The notes under the pieces are model-generated. The model had not been told where the DNA came from. It saw nothing but the letters and a program-made list of their open reading frames with translations, and ran no database searches. Positions 9,188 to 18,501 of a stretch of DNA of 36,778 nt are shown piece by piece (positions within the stretch are counted from its first letter, which is position 1; each line of letters starts with the position of its first letter). This DNA comes from a virus (lineage: Duplodnaviria; Caudoviricetes). The translations under genes and the position numbers were made by a program. The stretch covers positions 1-36,778 of IMG/VR virus record IMGVR_UViG_3300037484_000849. One strand, 5' to 3'.

Positions 9188-11788
9188 TTATCCGACCGAG
9201 TCGCGGATGCGGTTGCGGTTGCGCTGGATGACGTTCAGGATCGCTTCTTCGCCTTCGCGGGTATTCATGGCGCGCGGCACCGAGCTCGGATCGTCGACGT
9301 TCACGACGGTCACGTTCACGGGTTGCTGGGCCATCGCACCCGACGGCACGATCGTGCCAGTCGACGGCGGGGTGAACATCTCGGGTCCGCGCTCGCCGAC
9401 CATGAACGTGCGACCGGGGCCAACCGGCCCGCCGGTCGCGCGTCCGCCCGCCACTCCACCGAGCGACGTCGCAATCGAAGCGACAATCCCGCCACCGGAA
9501 CCGCCGGCCAGACTGTTCAGAGCCATGACCAGAAGCAGCTTCGCGACCACGCCGGCCAAGGACGAGATCACGTCCGACGCGAAGGCCCGGAAATCCAGCT
9601 TGCCCGTCTCCACAAAGGTCTTCACCGCGTCGCCCGCCGTCGAGAAGATGTCGGTGAAACCCTGCTGGATGATGGCGCCCTGCGTGCCGATGTCCTCGCC
9701 CATCTTCACCAGCGCGGCATTGAAGCCCCCGGACAGCGCGTCGAAGCCCCCGACCTCGGGACCGACATTCGCCTGTACATCCGTGACGATTTTCTTGGTG
9801 AACTCATTCGTCGCGTTCTCGGCCGCCTGCCGCACGAGCTCCGGATCGGCGCCCTTCTTCGCGGCCTCTCCGATCTCCTCGAGCTTCAGGCGGTAGTCCT
9901 CGAGCACGCGCACCGCGGGATCGACGCCGCCGATCAGGCCACGCAACGCGGCGTTGCTCTCGTTCACGCGCTGAGTGAAGGGGTCGATCTCCTGCGCCGC
10001 GAACTTGTACTCGAGCGCGACGTTCTCGATCGCCTTCGCCGCGCCACCCTGGATCTCGACGCCCGCGGCGACCGCAACCGCGATGGCCTTGACCTTCTCT
10101 TCGTAGACCCGCGCGGCCGCTGCGGCCGGGTTGAACGAATCGGTGATCTGATTGATCGTGTCAGTGATCCCGCGCAGCGCCGGGCTGAGCGTGTCGAGCG
10201 TGAGTGCCTGGAGGCGCAGCTCTTCCGTGAAGGCAGCCTCGACCTTGTTCGCGCGCTCCTGCGAGATGACCTTCAGGTTCAGCGCGTTGCGAATCGTCTC
10301 GAGCCCCTCCGCGCGCTGGTTCTCCAGAGCGATGATCGGGCTGAGCGAACTCTCGAGATCGCGGAACTGGTTCAATGCGGCGAGCTGATCCTTCTTCAGC
10401 TTCTCGGCCGCCTCGCTCTTCTTCACCGCCATGGCCGCGTCTTGGTCGGCGCGCTCGGCGGCGACCGCGGCCATGCGCGCCTGGAACTTCGACAGCTCCT
10501 CCGCTTCCTGGCGTGCTGCGCGCTGCGCGACGAGCTGATCCTTGAAAGTCGGCTCGGGAGCGAAGTTCCCGCCCGCCAGGGTTGGATTCTTCGTGAGATC
10601 CTGCGCCTGCTCGAACGCGGGTCGGGTCGTCTTGCTCGGCCCCTTCTCGAGCAGGCCGAAGAACACGAGCAGCTCGTCCGTGGTCGAGGTGATCCAATCG
10701 GACCAGTTCTTCCACACGACGGTCACGATGTCCGCGAGCGACGTCGTGATGCCCATGATCTCGAACTCGACATCGCGGACGCGAAAGAGCGCGAGCACAA
10801 CCAGCGCAATCACAGCTAGAGCCGCAGTCCACGGGGTTGAGAATGCCGAAATGATGGACAGAGACTTCAGGGCCTTGGCGAGTGCGATCACGCTGGTGAT
10901 CAGCTTCGGAATCAGCGACAAGGCAAGCAAGCCGATGATCAGTTTGATGTTCTCGAGCCACGACTGCAAGCGCGCCGGATCTGACGCGAGGTTCTTGATC
11001 GAGACCGCCAGATTGCTGATCACCTTCGTGAAGAAGGCGCCCGCTCCGGTCAAGTCGTTCAGCTTGCCGAACAGCAGCGTGACCGCAATGCTCATCTGAG
11101 TGAATGCCTGACCGAATGTCACGGCCGTCTTCGCGAAGAGAATGTCGATCGCGCCCGCGCTGTTTTCCAACGCGCGGATGATGACGTCGGTCGTGATCGC
11201 GCCGGTCTTGTTGGCGAGCGACCGAAGCTGTCCCGTCGCGACTCCAAGCTCCTTCGCGATCAACTGGGCGATGATCGGGGTCTGCTCGAGAACGGAATTC
11301 AGCTCTTGACCCGAGAGGCGGTTGGCCGCGATACCCTGGGCCAACTGCCGCAGAGCACCTTCCGCTTCACCAGCCGTCGTGCCGGAGACAGCGATCGCCT
11401 TCGTGACCGTCTCTGTGATTCGCAGAAGATCCCCAGAGCTCTTGCCCGTTCCCTGAAGGGACAGAGACAAGCGCTGGTACAACTCTGCGGTCGCGTCGAG
11501 CGGTGCGCGTGAGCGCAACGCGACGTCGAAGATTCCCTCGAAGCCTTTCTGTGCGTCCAGGTTCGAGCGCGCGAAAACCGCGGTGCGGTTGCGCAAGATC
11601 GTGTAGGTATCGGCCAGCTTCAGCAGCTCGCGTCCCGCGGCCAAGACGACACCGGCCCGCAGGACTCGATAGAGCTTGTCGATCGAGGTGGCCGACCGTG
11701 CTGCACCCCCGGCGATCTGGCTCAGGCCGCGTGCGGTCTGTGCCGAGCCTGTCATCGAAATGACGATGCGGATGTTCTGCGTCGCCAT
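9188..11788 (-). CDS. tail tape measure protein
   Basis: Motifs LADTYT..NR, GALRQLAQGIAANRLSGQELNSVLEQTP and C-terminal RATGGPV...VGERGPEMFTP. 866 aa, Ala-rich. Confidence 0.95.
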   Translation of the reverse strand: MATQNIRIVISMTGSAQTARGLSQIAGGAARSATSIDKLYRVLRAGVVLAAGRELLKLADTYTILRNRTAVFARSNLDAQKGFEGIFDVALRSRAPLDATAELYQRLSLSLQGTGKSSGDLLRITETVTKAIAVSGTTAGEAEGALRQLAQGIAANRLSGQELNSVLEQTPIIAQLIAKELGVATGQLRSLANKTGAITTDVIIRALENSAGAIDILFAKTAVTFGQAFTQMSIAVTLLFGKLNDLTGAGAFFTKVISNLAVSIKNLASDPARLQSWLENIKLIIGLLALSLIPKLITSVIALAKALKSLSIISAFSTPWTAALAVIALVVLALFRVRDVEFEIMGITTSLADIVTVVWKNWSDWITSTTDELLVFFGLLEKGPSKTTRPAFEQAQDLTKNPTLAGGNFAPEPTFKDQLVAQRAARQEAEELSKFQARMAAVAAERADQDAAMAVKKSEAAEKLKKDQLAALNQFRDLESSLSPIIALENQRAEGLETIRNALNLKVISQERANKVEAAFTEELRLQALTLDTLSPALRGITDTINQITDSFNPAAAAARVYEEKVKAIAVAVAAGVEIQGGAAKAIENVALEYKFAAQEIDPFTQRVNESNAALRGLIGGVDPAVRVLEDYRLKLEEIGEAAKKGADPELVRQAAENATNEFTKKIVTDVQANVGPEVGGFDALSGGFNAALVKMGEDIGTQGAIIQQGFTDIFSTAGDAVKTFVETGKLDFRAFASDVISSLAGVVAKLLLVMALNSLAGGSGGGIVASIATSLGGVAGGRATGGPVGPGRTFMVGERGPEMFTPPSTGTIVPSGAMAQQPVNVTVVNVDDPSSVPRAMNTREGEEAILNVIQRNRNRIRDSVG

Positions 11789-12207
11789 TACAAGGCACCC
11801 CCGCCACGGAGCAATCGAAACTGCACCGCGACTCGCACACCGACCGCCACGGCCTTCTCAATGAAACCGGCGGGAGCCTGACGACTCGAGCCCGCGTTGA
11901 GCAACGGCAGATAGTCCACGTCGTTCGTGACGTTCACTTCCGCGTCGCCTTTGACGCGTCCACGAATGGTTGCTGCCCCGTCGGCGATCGTCTCGACTTC
12001 CGACCGAATGGGCACCGTGCCACTACGCGGTGCGCCCACGCCGACCAGCCAGTTCGAGCGCGCGTTGCCCGTCTTCACGGGTGTGCCGAGCACCAGCGCG
12101 CCATGCACGCGCTCAGCCACTTCCTCGACGAGTCGGCCAGTGCGCTCTTCGAGCCCCTCGGCGAGACCCTTCAGGTTCGTCGCGAACGCGCGCATGGTGG
12201 TGGGCAT
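11788..12207 (-). CDS. tail completion protein (HK97 gp10-like)
   Basis: TPVKTGNARSNW...NDVDYLPLLNAGSSRQAPAGF motif. Confidence 0.8.
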   Translation of the reverse strand: MPTTMRAFATNLKGLAEGLEERTGRLVEEVAERVHGALVLGTPVKTGNARSNWLVGVGAPRSGTVPIRSEVETIADGAATIRGRVKGDAEVNVTNDVDYLPLLNAGSSRQAPAGFIEKAVAVGVRVAVQFRLLRGGGAL

Positions 12208-12570
12208 CTATGTCCTCGACGCCTTCTTGGAGTTTTCGGCTTGCTTCCGCACGACGGTGAGGAATTCCTCATCGAGCGCACGGATGATGTAGACGAAGTC
12301 AGCGTAGTCGACCTCGTCGTCCGCGTAGCCGTACTGGTGCGCGTACTGATCCAGCGCCGGCCATGGAATCGGAAGGAGCGTACTGAATGCCGCCCCCCGC
12401 GAGGTGGAGAGCTCCCAGAAGTGGTAGAGCAACGGCTCGAGCTCTGGTGACACTTCGGGCGGCATGCAGGAGTCTGGAACCTCCTGACCCTCCTCCAGCG
12501 CAGCGCGCGCAATGGTCTGCGCGCGCTGGCCGAAGGTGAGCTGCCAAGTCAGGAGGGCTTTCAGTTTCCC
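12208..12570 (-). CDS. tail assembly chaperone frameshift extension (gpT-like, -1 frame)
   Basis: Open -1 frame GKLKALLTWQ...FWELSTSR...PIPWPALDQYA...IIRALDEEF, with no obvious own start, begins at slippery GGGAAAC. Confidence 0.8.
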   Translation of the reverse strand, partial: GKLKALLTWQLTFGQRAQTIARAALEEGQEVPDSCMPPEVSPELEPLLYHFWELSTSRGAAFSTLLPIPWPALDQYAHQYGYADDEVDYADFVYIIRALDEEFLTVVRKQAENSKKASRT

Positions 12571-12965
12571 GCGGCGGCCTTCCGCTTCGCCACGAGGAAG
12601 TTCCCGATCTTCTCGGACTCCTCGCGCACCTGGGTGAAGAACTCCGGAAGCTCGGTGAAGAGCTTGATGCAGTTCGTGACCGAGAAGTCGATCGTGAGAC
12701 CGTTCTCGTCCATCACGCCTTCCCAGCCGAGCACGACGGCCTCGGCGAAGCACTCGATCAACACCTTCTTCGCGATCTCCTCTGGGAGAGCGTTGAAGGC
12801 GATCGCGCGCTTGTAGCGGTCGAGCTTCTGGCGGACGAGCGTCTCGTACTTCTTGTTCGCGCCGCCGCTGCGGGCGATCGTGACCTTGAAGTCGCCGAAG
12901 TCCAGGTCGATGCCGTTCTGCTCTGCGTCCGAGTCGGTTTTGAAAGCGTCGTAGATCGAAGACAT
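12561..12965 (-). CDS. tail assembly chaperone (gpG-like)
   Basis: MSSIYDAFKTD...IARSGGANKKY...VLGWEGV. Between major tail protein and TMP, with RBS AAGGA. Confidence 0.85.
   Translation of the reverse strand: MSSIYDAFKTDSDAEQNGIDLDFGDFKVTIARSGGANKKYETLVRQKLDRYKRAIAFNALPEEIAKKVLIECFAEAVVLGWEGVMDENGLTIDFSVTNCIKLFTELPEFFTQVREESEKIGNFLVAKRKAAAGN
12564..12570 (-). other. -1 programmed ribosomal frameshift slippery site GGGAAAC
   Basis: GCG GGA AAC TGA at the end of the chaperone gene, an X XXY YYZ heptamer directly before the stop. Confidence 0.85.
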
Positions 12966-12995
12966 GCGGGGATTCCTTTCAGGGGTTGGGGGAGA

Positions 12996-13035
12996 CTACC
13001 TGGGAAGCAGGTCATCTGACCTGCTTCCCAGGTAG
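12996..13035. repeat. perfect 19-bp inverted repeat (long hairpin) between major tail and chaperone genes
   Basis: ctacctgggaagcaggtca-tc-tgacctgcttcccaggtag. Confidence 0.9.
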
Positions 13036-13042
13036 GTTGCGA

Positions 13043-14722
13043 TCACTGGTAGCCGAAGAAGCGCTGGAGCTTCATCGTGTAGCCGAACGTGGCGTGCCGG
13101 AGCGCCTGGAAGTTCGGGCTGATGGTGACGTCCGCGTTCTTGCCGGACACTTCGGGCTGGCCCTCGCTGTACTTGATGCGCGGGCAGTCGGTCAGGAGCA
13201 CGTGCGCACTGGAGTCCTCGAAGCGCGCATCGACCGACGTCTCGGTGTTGTTCACGACCTGCTCGGCGATCGTCTTGTCGTCGAAGTACGCTGCCAGCGA
13301 CCCGGTGACGTTGAACTCGCCCGCACCCACGTCCGCCGCGCCGAGGAAGCCGATGGCGTTCTTCCGGCGCAGGTTGTTCGCGATGGTGAAGGAGAGCTCG
13401 GTCACGAGGTTCTTCGTGCCCGCGCCGATCAGCACGACGCCGCCACGCGCGATGCGCGCGACGTTCGAGCTGGTATTGAGCACCTGGAACACGGATGCGT
13501 CGATGTCCGTGGAGCCAGCGAAGCGGGTCTCCGTGAACTCGCTGTCCAGGCCGACGAACGTGAAGTTCGACTCCAGGATCGCCTGTGAGGCGCCCGTGAT
13601 CACGACCTGATCGGGAATGAAGCCCGTGAGGTACTGGTACGTCACCGGACTGTGGTCGCTGAACGTGCGCTCGAGCGAGAAGCTCGAACGGGTCACGCCG
13701 TTGATCAGGCGGTCGCCCACGTAGAACTGGACGACCACACCCGTGCCGGGGTCCGTGGTCCAGCCGGTCGGAGCAGTTTCCCACACGACCGCGTTCGTAG
13801 CGACAGAGGCGATGCGGCCCCAGCCGATGTTGGCCGCCGGCCACGTGCCCCCAGTGCCCGTGATGCGGAGCCAGTCGCCGGAAGCGAGCTTCAGATTCGC
13901 GAAATCGAACAGCGTCGAGGTGAAGCCACTCGCCGTCGCGACGATGTCCGCCGACGCGGCCTGATAGCCGACGAGGTGGATCTGCGCGGTGGCCGGGGGC
14001 GTCTCGTTGACCCGGCCATCCACCGTGACGATCGAAGTCGCCGTGGTGCCGGCCGCGACCACGAAGTAGCCGTTGTTCGCGGCGTTCGTGAAGCCCTCGG
14101 CGCGGATGATCGAACCGACGCGCGCACAGACCGAAATGGTCACGCCCGTGTCCGCCGTCTCGTCCACCACGCCGTTCTCCAGCGTCAGCACGAGAGCCGT
14201 CACGGTCTTCACGAGGAACTGCGCGTTGTTGCCGCCGTCCACCGCACCGGAGATGATCACCGTGTCGCCGGCCTCGAAGCCGTCCGTCACGAACGAGCCC
14301 GTGGCGCGCGTTACCGTGTCGCCCGCTGCGGCGAAGTCCACCGTGATCGAGCCCGTGGTCACGCCGAGCGTGACCGTGTAGTCGTCGGTCGCTGCGGCCA
14401 CGGCCGTCACCTGAGTGGCGCCGCGATCGTTGCGCTTCGCGTAGCGCGTCTGCCACGCCGAGAAGAACGCCGACTCGAGCAGCTCGTCATGCAGGCCGAA
14501 CGCGAGCTCGCTGTTCGCCTCGCCGCCCGCCTCGCCGCCGACCAGGATCAGGTCGGACACCTGACGATCGTCGCGGAGCAGGTTGGACACGACCGTGGCC
14601 GGTGCGAGCCCCAGATTGGGCTGGCCCGTGCTCGCGATCTCGAAGAAGGCCGGGTTGCTGGGCGTGGTGCCGAAGGTCGTCTCGCGGACGGCGCGAAGGC
14701 CCACTCGGTTCGTATCGGACAT
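13043..14722 (-). CDS. major tail (tube) protein with inserted accessory domains
   Basis: MSDTNRVGLR..RETTFGTTP start, SFSLERTFSD, LSFTIANNLR and G.FNVTGSLAAYF. Upstream of the chaperone. Confidence 0.85.
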   Translation of the reverse strand: MSDTNRVGLRAVRETTFGTTPSNPAFFEIASTGQPNLGLAPATVVSNLLRDDRQVSDLILVGGEAGGEANSELAFGLHDELLESAFFSAWQTRYAKRNDRGATQVTAVAAATDDYTVTLGVTTGSITVDFAAAGDTVTRATGSFVTDGFEAGDTVIISGAVDGGNNAQFLVKTVTALVLTLENGVVDETADTGVTISVCARVGSIIRAEGFTNAANNGYFVVAAGTTATSIVTVDGRVNETPPATAQIHLVGYQAASADIVATASGFTSTLFDFANLKLASGDWLRITGTGGTWPAANIGWGRIASVATNAVVWETAPTGWTTDPGTGVVVQFYVGDRLINGVTRSSFSLERTFSDHSPVTYQYLTGFIPDQVVITGASQAILESNFTFVGLDSEFTETRFAGSTDIDASVFQVLNTSSNVARIARGGVVLIGAGTKNLVTELSFTIANNLRRKNAIGFLGAADVGAGEFNVTGSLAAYFDDKTIAEQVVNNTETSVDARFEDSSAHVLLTDCPRIKYSEGQPEVSGKNADVTISPNFQALRHATFGYTMKLQRFFGYQ

Positions 14723-14738
14723 GGTCGCGTACTCCTAC

Positions 14739-15173
14739 TCAGGAAGTGGTGTTGGTGTCGTAGTCGAACTGTGCGGACACGTTGACCTGATGGTACAAGC
14801 GGTCCGACGGGTCGATGCCGAGCTCAGTTGCGCCGATGCTGCGGAGCCGAACGCCCTGCAAGTCCCCAGGACTCGCCGAGGTGAGAGCCTTGACGAGCGC
14901 ATCCGCAATCACGTCAAGCCCTGCGGTCCCCGCACCAGACGGGGTGAACAACTGCACGAAGAGAATGCCGAACGCGCGATGTCGGCTCGAGCCGAGCGCG
15001 GCAATCTCTCCGTCGAAATGGCGAACAACCATGCGTCCGAACGGGGCCGGAGTCTCGGGGCGGTCGTCCTTGATGTTGTCGTAGAGCAGCGGAATGGACG
15101 TGACCGCGTCCCACGTGTCCTGCACGATCCCGCTCAACACGTCGCGAGCTTCCGCCATGGTGTTGACAGCCAT
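14739..15173 (-). CDS. tail terminator-like protein
   Basis: Motifs LLYDN, GILFVQLFTPSGAG and YHQVNVSAQFDYD. Position just before the major tail gene, TGATG-coupled start at 15173. Confidence 0.7.
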   Translation of the reverse strand: MAVNTMAEARDVLSGIVQDTWDAVTSIPLLYDNIKDDRPETPAPFGRMVVRHFDGEIAALGSSRHRAFGILFVQLFTPSGAGTAGLDVIADALVKALTSASPGDLQGVRLRSIGATELGIDPSDRLYHQVNVSAQFDYDTNTTS

Positions 15174-15559
15174 CAGTTCACCAGCTCCAAGATCCACAGA
15201 GCCACGTCATTGCCGGGCTTCACGCTCGACACGCTCGCGATGCCCCATACCTTGTCGCCGTCGACGACCTTCATCGTCATGTCGGGCAGGGTGGTGACAG
15301 TGCCGGGAATCAGAACGCGCACGCGCTCCGTCTCGACCGGGGAGAGCACGAGGCGCGAGACCGCGCTCACGCGCGCCAGGAAGTCTGTCGCCTTCGGGTC
15401 CACGAAGACGCCCTTCGTCGCGACGTCGGTGGTCGCGGGCGTCACGCCGAGCCAGGGCTTCGCCACGTCGACTGGCGTGGAGCCGCTCTGGTAGCGCAGC
15501 GAGATGTCGCGCCCGTTCTTCGTGATCAGGCGCAGGGCGAGCGCCGCGAAGTCTGCCAT
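15173..15559 (-). CDS. head-tail joining (head closure) protein
   Basis: ALRLITKNGR...PW...VVDGDKVWGI..V..VKPG. Neck position. Confidence 0.65.
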   Translation of the reverse strand: MADFAALALRLITKNGRDISLRYQSGSTPVDVAKPWLGVTPATTDVATKGVFVDPKATDFLARVSAVSRLVLSPVETERVRVLIPGTVTTLPDMTMKVVDGDKVWGIASVSSVKPGNDVALWILELVN

Positions 15560-16098
15560 CAGGCGTGGATCACGCGGCCGCCGGCCGAGATGACCAGCCC
15601 GCTCGCGGTGAGGCGGCGGTCGGCCGCCGGGTAGGGCTTCAGGAACGAGGGCGATCGCGTGTTCGAGTAGCGCGTTTCCTCTTCGAGCGGGCCGACCTTC
15701 TCGCGCTTGTAGATGATGTACTTGCCGTTGGGGTCGACTTCAGGGTCGGGCAGCAGCGACGCGCTAAGCGCGCGCATCGCATACTCCGCGACCGTCTGCT
15801 TCACGATCGTGGGGACGTTGTCTTCCTGCTCGAAGCCGTCCTTGTCGCACGCGCCCGCGCGAGGCCACTCGAGCGTCTGGTCTTCGTCATCGCGCGTGCC
15901 GACGAAGCGCCAGCGCGAGTCGATGTAGTCGGTGGCCTGGACGATCGCGGCGACCTTCTGGGGCTCATCCGCATTGGCCCAGGACACGTTGCCCCGGAGC
16001 TCGTGATAGCTGTCCGCGAACGCAATGGTGATGTACGCGTTCGCATCGGCCACGACGGTGCCGTCTTCGACGATCAGGTCGCTCGAGCTCAGGGGCAT
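15559..16098 (-). CDS. head-tail adaptor (DnaT-like annotated family)
   Basis: LIVEDGT..ADANAY...ATDYID...QTLEWPR...EKVGPLEEE. Confidence 0.8.
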   Translation of the reverse strand: MPLSSSDLIVEDGTVVADANAYITIAFADSYHELRGNVSWANADEPQKVAAIVQATDYIDSRWRFVGTRDDEDQTLEWPRAGACDKDGFEQEDNVPTIVKQTVAEYAMRALSASLLPDPEVDPNGKYIIYKREKVGPLEEETRYSNTRSPSFLKPYPAADRRLTASGLVISAGGRVIHA

Positions 16099-16110
16099 GG
16101 TGTCTCCAGA

Positions 16111-16548
16111 TCAGGGCGTGAAGAGCGGCGGCACGGGCTTGCGCGCTCGCGGTCGCGGCGCTTCGCGCACGACGCGCGCCACGTCGATTCCCTGCTCCGT
16201 CAGGCGGGCCATCGCTTCGCGGTGGTTGCGCGATGTTGCGCGGTCGATCTCTCGAGCCTCGGCGTTGCGGACGTGCAGCGGAATCTCGACTTCGACCACG
16301 GCCGAATCGGCGATCAGCTTGTTCAGGTAGCGTGTCGCCTCGGTCAGCGTCGCCTGCGCGGCGTCGCGCGCCGCGGTGGCTTCGGCGATTCGCTGGGCGG
16401 GGGTCAGCTCGGGCTCGGGCTGGACCAGCTTCGGGGCCGGCGGAGCGGTCAGGATCACGACGTTGGTCGTCGCTGGTACGTTGGGCTCGACCACCGTCGG
16501 GGTCACAGGGTCGGACAGGAAGTCCAGGTTGTCGGGTGCGTCCATCAT
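16111..16548 (-). CDS. hypothetical protein downstream of capsid
   Basis: Strong RBS (GAGGAG) before ATG at 16548. Pro-rich N-terminus and helical C-terminus. Confidence 0.6.
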   Translation of the reverse strand: MMDAPDNLDFLSDPVTPTVVEPNVPATTNVVILTAPPAPKLVQPEPELTPAQRIAEATAARDAAQATLTEATRYLNKLIADSAVVEVEIPLHVRNAEAREIDRATSRNHREAMARLTEQGIDVARVVREAPRPRARKPVPPLFTP

Positions 16549-16591
16549 AGCTCTCCTCATGGAGTGTGCGCGCCGCATCATGCGACGGGCC

Positions 16592-16624
16592 GAGAGAAGG
16601 GGCGGGGAGATGGCTCCCCGCCCC
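16592..16624 (-). terminator. terminator-like hairpin after major capsid gene
   Basis: 11-bp stem GGGGCGGGGAG-CCAT-CTCCCCGCCCC followed by a weak pyrimidine tract TTCTCTC on the minus strand, 6 nt after the stop. Confidence 0.65.
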
Positions 16625-16630
16625 AGTTGC

Positions 16631-17650
16631 TCAGGCGTTGGTCCGCAGGAGCGCGAGGCGGATCTTCTTGCGCGGGAACACGCGATCCCAGGACGTCGCC
16701 GCCCCGAGCTCGGTGTTCGTCGGGCTGTCGTCCGTCGGCGAACCGATGAACTTGAAGCCGCGCGGGTGGATCAGGGTCTCCACGCGGGAGGTCAGAACTT
16801 CCTGGCCTCCGCCCTTGCCGGCCAGAGCGTAGCGCGAAACCTCGGTCGGCACCTTGGCGTTGCCCTGACCGAGCGCGAACGATCCCGCACCGAAGAGGTA
16901 CGTGATGTAGGTCGCGTTCGTGTCCGTCACGCCCACGAGCGCGTCGTCGACGATCACGCGGCGGCCCAGGTACAGGTTGACCGGCTTGCCCTCGCTGTCG
17001 GGGACGCTGTCGATCAGGTTGAGCTTCTCCGCGCGCCGGAAGACGACCGAGTGCATGGCGACGGCCGCGAGCTCCTGGCCCGCATCGCCCATGGTCTGCA
17101 CCGTGTCCAGGAACGCCTCCGCCGAGAAGCGGTTCGCGTCACCCACGGCGCCCGCCGTGTGGATGTCGTTCACCATGTCGCCCGAGTCGTTCGCCACGTT
17201 GTCGGCGAACACGCCCTTGGCCGCGGCCAGGAGCGAGAGCTGGTACTGGCGGGTCCAGTATGCCGCCACGCGAGTCGCGATCGCGTTCATCGGATCGCTG
17301 CCGGCCAGATCGCCCGCGAGATCCGCGGCCGACCAGTGCTGGTTGCGACTCATCCGAATCGCGATCTCGCGACCCGTGGTGATCGCGAGCGGAACGGCGT
17401 CCGCGACCGAGAGCGTGCCCTCGAGCACGTCCGCGTTCGTGTCCTTCGACACGTTCGACTCGGTGTCCGCCAGATCGTTCCAGAAGGGCATGTTGAAGGT
17501 GATGCCACCGCCAACGAGCAGATCGTTGAAGCGCTGGTCCTGCACGAGAACTCCGCTCTGCACGAACGCACTCTTGGTGGCCGTGAGGAGCTGGGTGTAG
17601 GCGGTGAATTCCGAAGGAACGATCACCGCCGCGACATCGACGAGAGCCAT
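16631..17650 (-). CDS. major capsid protein
   Basis: VIVPSEFTAY...SAFVQSG...MPFWNDL...DLAGDLAGSDPMNAIA...MHSVV...YLGRRVIVDD...IHPRGF. RBS GGAG before ATG 17650. Confidence 0.9.
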   Translation of the reverse strand: MALVDVAAVIVPSEFTAYTQLLTATKSAFVQSGVLVQDQRFNDLLVGGGITFNMPFWNDLADTESNVSKDTNADVLEGTLSVADAVPLAITTGREIAIRMSRNQHWSAADLAGDLAGSDPMNAIATRVAAYWTRQYQLSLLAAAKGVFADNVANDSGDMVNDIHTAGAVGDANRFSAEAFLDTVQTMGDAGQELAAVAMHSVVFRRAEKLNLIDSVPDSEGKPVNLYLGRRVIVDDALVGVTDTNATYITYLFGAGSFALGQGNAKVPTEVSRYALAGKGGGQEVLTSRVETLIHPRGFKFIGSPTDDSPTNTELGAATSWDRVFPRKKIRLALLRTNA

Positions 17651-17745
17651 TTCAGCTTTCTCCGTTGCGTGCCCCATCCTGGGGCGGGTTGTTGGAAGGC
17701 CGAATCACTCGGCTGCGTAGATCCGCGATGCCGCCAGGGCTGCGG

Positions 17746-18078
17746 TTACTTCGAGATGTCCTGCACGAAAATGTACTCGTCCTTCGCCAGCGTGGTGATC
17801 CGACCATCAGGGTCGATCATCTGGACGTCGTACCAGTACGTGTCGGGAACTTGGTTTGCGTTGCCGGTCGTAGGCTCGAACTCGACGACACCGTTGACCG
17901 CGTCGATGATGACACCCGCGATCTGAAAAACTTGCGTTGCCGTGTTGGCTGGATTCTTCTTCTCGTCGACCGTCAGCAGGAACGTGTAGCTGGTGATGTT
18001 GATGACAGTGCCGTCGACATCTTTGACCGTGAAGCGATCGGGCGCGGTGTCGCCGCGATAGCGCGTGATCTCGGCCAT
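17746..18078 (-). CDS. BppU-N-like / Ig-fold virion accessory protein
   Basis: RYRGDT...INITSYTF...DAVNGVVEF...YWYDVQM pattern. Confidence 0.55.
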   Translation of the reverse strand: MAEITRYRGDTAPDRFTVKDVDGTVINITSYTFLLTVDEKKNPANTATQVFQIAGVIIDAVNGVVEFEPTTGNANQVPDTYWYDVQMIDPDGRITTLAKDEYIFVQDISK

Positions 18079-18500
18079 CAATTCTCCCTCGAAGGCACGA
18101 TCAAGTCTTGAGACCGACCGTTGAAGATGAGCACGCGTCCACCGCCGGGCTTCGTCACATCCTGGATGCTGTTCGCGTGGATGATGCCAATGCGCCGAAT
18201 CAGCTCGAGCAGACGCCCCACAGCAACCAAGCTGCTTTCGATGTCTCGCCGCAGGTCGAGTTGATCGCCTACCAACATCCGAATGTCGCGCCGGAGCTCC
18301 AGGTCGTCGCCGACCAGCGCGCGAATATCGCGCTGAAGCTCGAGGTCATCGCCGACCAACACGCGAAGGTCGCGCTGAAGCTCCAGCGTATCGCCGACCA
18401 ACGCGCGAATGTCGCGCTGAAGCTCGAGCGTATCGCCGACTGCTGTTCGAGCGAGAAGATGAGCGGCTGCGGGAACGAGGGGTTGGAATGCCCAGCTCAT
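18078..18500 (-). CDS. hypothetical protein with five 14-aa repeats
   Basis: VGD(T/D/Q)L(E/D)L(Q/R)RD(I/L)RxL x5. Translationally coupled to the downstream gene. Confidence 0.7.
   Translation of the reverse strand: MSWAFQPLVPAAAHLLARTAVGDTLELQRDIRALVGDTLELQRDLRVLVGDDLELQRDIRALVGDDLELRRDIRMLVGDQLDLRRDIESSLVAVGRLLELIRRIGIIHANSIQDVTKPGGGRVLIFNGRSQDLIVPSREN
18231..18440 (-). repeat. 42-bp tandem coding repeat, ~5 copies
   Basis: tcgccgacca(a/g)c...cgaa...tcgcgctgaagctc recurs every 42 nt. Confidence 0.9.
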
Positions 18501-18501
18501 G

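Noticed and set aside
12205-12210. TAG directly followed by in-frame ATG, suggesting stop-codon recoding or readthrough
   Set aside because: A single instance. Conserved structural genes are intact under the standard code, and TAG ends genes normally in the right arm.
18231-18440. CRISPR-like array
   Set aside because: Contiguous in-frame coding repeats with no unique spacers.
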